From an uncultured delta proteobacterium (GTDB taxonomy: Bacteria; Desulfobacterota; Desulfobacteria; Desulfobacterales; Desulfosalsimonadaceae), in the NCBI GenBank assembly GCA_963826785.1, contig CAWGYD010000003.1, positions 351,270 through 415,269 of the forward strand: a stretch of DNA of 64,000 bases, read 5' to 3'. Each line of letters opens with the position of its first letter. The first letter of the stretch is position 1. Made by a program: the position numbers and the translations under genes. Below, in pieces: positions 62,887 through 64,000 of this stretch. A model generated the notes under the pieces. It was given only the letters and a program-made list of their open reading frames with translations. It searched no databases and was not told the origin of the DNA.

Positions 62887-63237
62887 TCAGGGCTTTACAT
62901 AGGCAAACCCCTCGTTTTGTGCCTTGATCAGCGCCTCGATGCCGGCCGGGATAAATTCGCATGCATCGATCATATCGGTTTGGCGGATGTCGAATTTGGA
63001 AAGCGAATTTTCGCACACCTGGAATCGAACCCCCGCATCGGCAAGGGAGCTGATTTTCTTATTTCCGCTTGCCTCATTTCGCTTCAACAGCAGCTTTACC
63101 CCGCTGCTGTTGAATATGATCCGGATGTCGGAATCCCGGGGTGAATTGCGCTCAAAAAAATTTTCGATGTTTCCCAGCGCGGTTTTAAACCGGCTGCTGT
63201 CCTCCATGTCGATATGGATGACGGCTTTTGCAGTCAT
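62887..63237 (-). CDS. DsrE-family protein
   Basis: ALGNIEN, FQVCENSL, PAGIEALIKAQNEGFAYVKP. Confidence 0.8.
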   Translation of the reverse strand: MTAKAVIHIDMEDSSRFKTALGNIENFFERNSPRDSDIRIIFNSSGVKLLLKRNEASGNKKISSLADAGVRFQVCENSLSKFDIRQTDMIDACEFIPAGIEALIKAQNEGFAYVKP

Positions 63238-63522
63238 TATCGCCTCTCCTCTCATTTATGACATCAATCACCTATAAGTTGCCATGTCCGGGAGCGGAAA
63301 ATAAATTAGCACTGCCCTGTATTCAAATTTTGTCGCAGATGTATTCCCCCATGTTTAAGAGGGGATCAAATACTGAAATGGCCCCTGTTCCCCTCCCCAA
63401 AAGAGATCGGGAATCGATTCTTACCGCATCGATTTTACGGGATAGCCATTATTTACCCCTTCTTCCGGGGCCGATACCATAAATGAAAAATTGAGGGGAA
63501 ATCAAAAGCGGAGGCTGATGCG

Positions 63523-64000
63523 ATGAAACTCATGGTTTTGTATTTAATTGCGCTTTTTCTGCTCTTTTTGGGTTACTCCCGAATCTCTGCACTGGGGGAA
63601 GAGCTCTCACCGCCATGGACCCGTCCGCCCGCCGGCGGCGTCGACTTTACCGTTTCCTGCGTCAACAACGCGCCTGATCTTCACGGCGACATCATCGACC
63701 CGGATCTGGTGATTTTTTTCGGGGGCAACCAGTTCATGGTCCTGCCCGAACTGATGACCGATTTCCAGAAGCGCCACCCGGATGTGCAAAAGATCTACTA
63801 TGAGACCCTGCCGCCGGGCATCATCGAACAGCAGCTTATCACCGGCAGCCTGGTGGTGGGAAATTTGAAAATCGCCATACGGCCCGACGTGTTTGTGGCA
63901 GGAAAACAGCGGATCGAGCAGCTCGATGAGAAGGGTTTCTTTTCCCGAACCCGGCCTTATTTCAAAAACCGGCTGGCCATCATGATGGCCCGGAAAAACC
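63523..64000 (+). CDS. ModA-like periplasmic oxyanion-binding protein (runs off the window; absent from the ORF track)
   Basis: Manual translation: signal peptide MKLMVLYLIALFLLFLG, then PDLHGD, FFGGNQFMV, YYETLPPG, NRLAIM. Confidence 0.7.
   Translation, partial: MKLMVLYLIALFLLFLGYSRISALGEELSPPWTRPPAGGVDFTVSCVNNAPDLHGDIIDPDLVIFFGGNQFMVLPELMTDFQKRHPDVQKIYYETLPPGIIEQQLITGSLVVGNLKIAIRPDVFVAGKQRIEQLDEKGFFSRTRPYFKNRLAIMMARKN

Noticed and set aside
63345..63475. Further repeat copy (CCCC..GGGG patches)
   Set aside because: Too degenerate; lacks the core hairpin and both flanks.
1..64000. tRNA, rRNA, transposase, integrase or reverse transcriptase genes
   Set aside because: None recognisable by eye; small RNAs cannot be excluded without a covariance search.

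Overview
GC-rich (about 60% by eye) bacterial window. Gene content suggests Desulfobacterota/deltaproteobacteria, which is an inference. Main blocks: (1) a flavin disulfide reductase, glucose 1-dehydrogenase, an ArsS-type radical SAM gene and a repeat lipoprotein; (2) a 14-kb operon joining an alternative complex III-like module (actB, C, D, F, A, E) to a divergent C-family (cbb3-like) heme-copper oxidase (ccoN, diheme ccoO, ccoS, ccoI, no ccoP); (3) two tandem type II toxin-antitoxin pairs with visible promoters and operators; (4) a 17.5-kb minus-strand uncharacterised glyco-biosynthetic cluster (GH, phosphatase, 2 methyltransferases, 2 epimerases, 2 dehydrogenases, GT4, 3 CgeB, GT9, FAD/FeS oxidoreductase, ASRT) with no export or polymerase gene; (5) a YeeE pair with an MBL-rhodanese, pepN with a kinase-like hypothetical gene, and an MNT gene preceded by a HEPN remnant; (6) a complex I-like operon with no N-module and four antiporter-type subunits; (7) a cytoplasmic Mo/W enzyme with an in-frame TAG, flanked by ABM and Zn-ADH genes, then DUF2892, DsrE and a partial ModA-like gene. 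Eleven loci carry one palindromic repeat family (core CCCCCCTCAAGGGGGG) with ~30-bp inverted ends and a variable internal array of hairpins. About eleven single-base frameshifts hit otherwise intact genes and are probably long-read errors. All protein family assignments come from motif recognition, not database searches.
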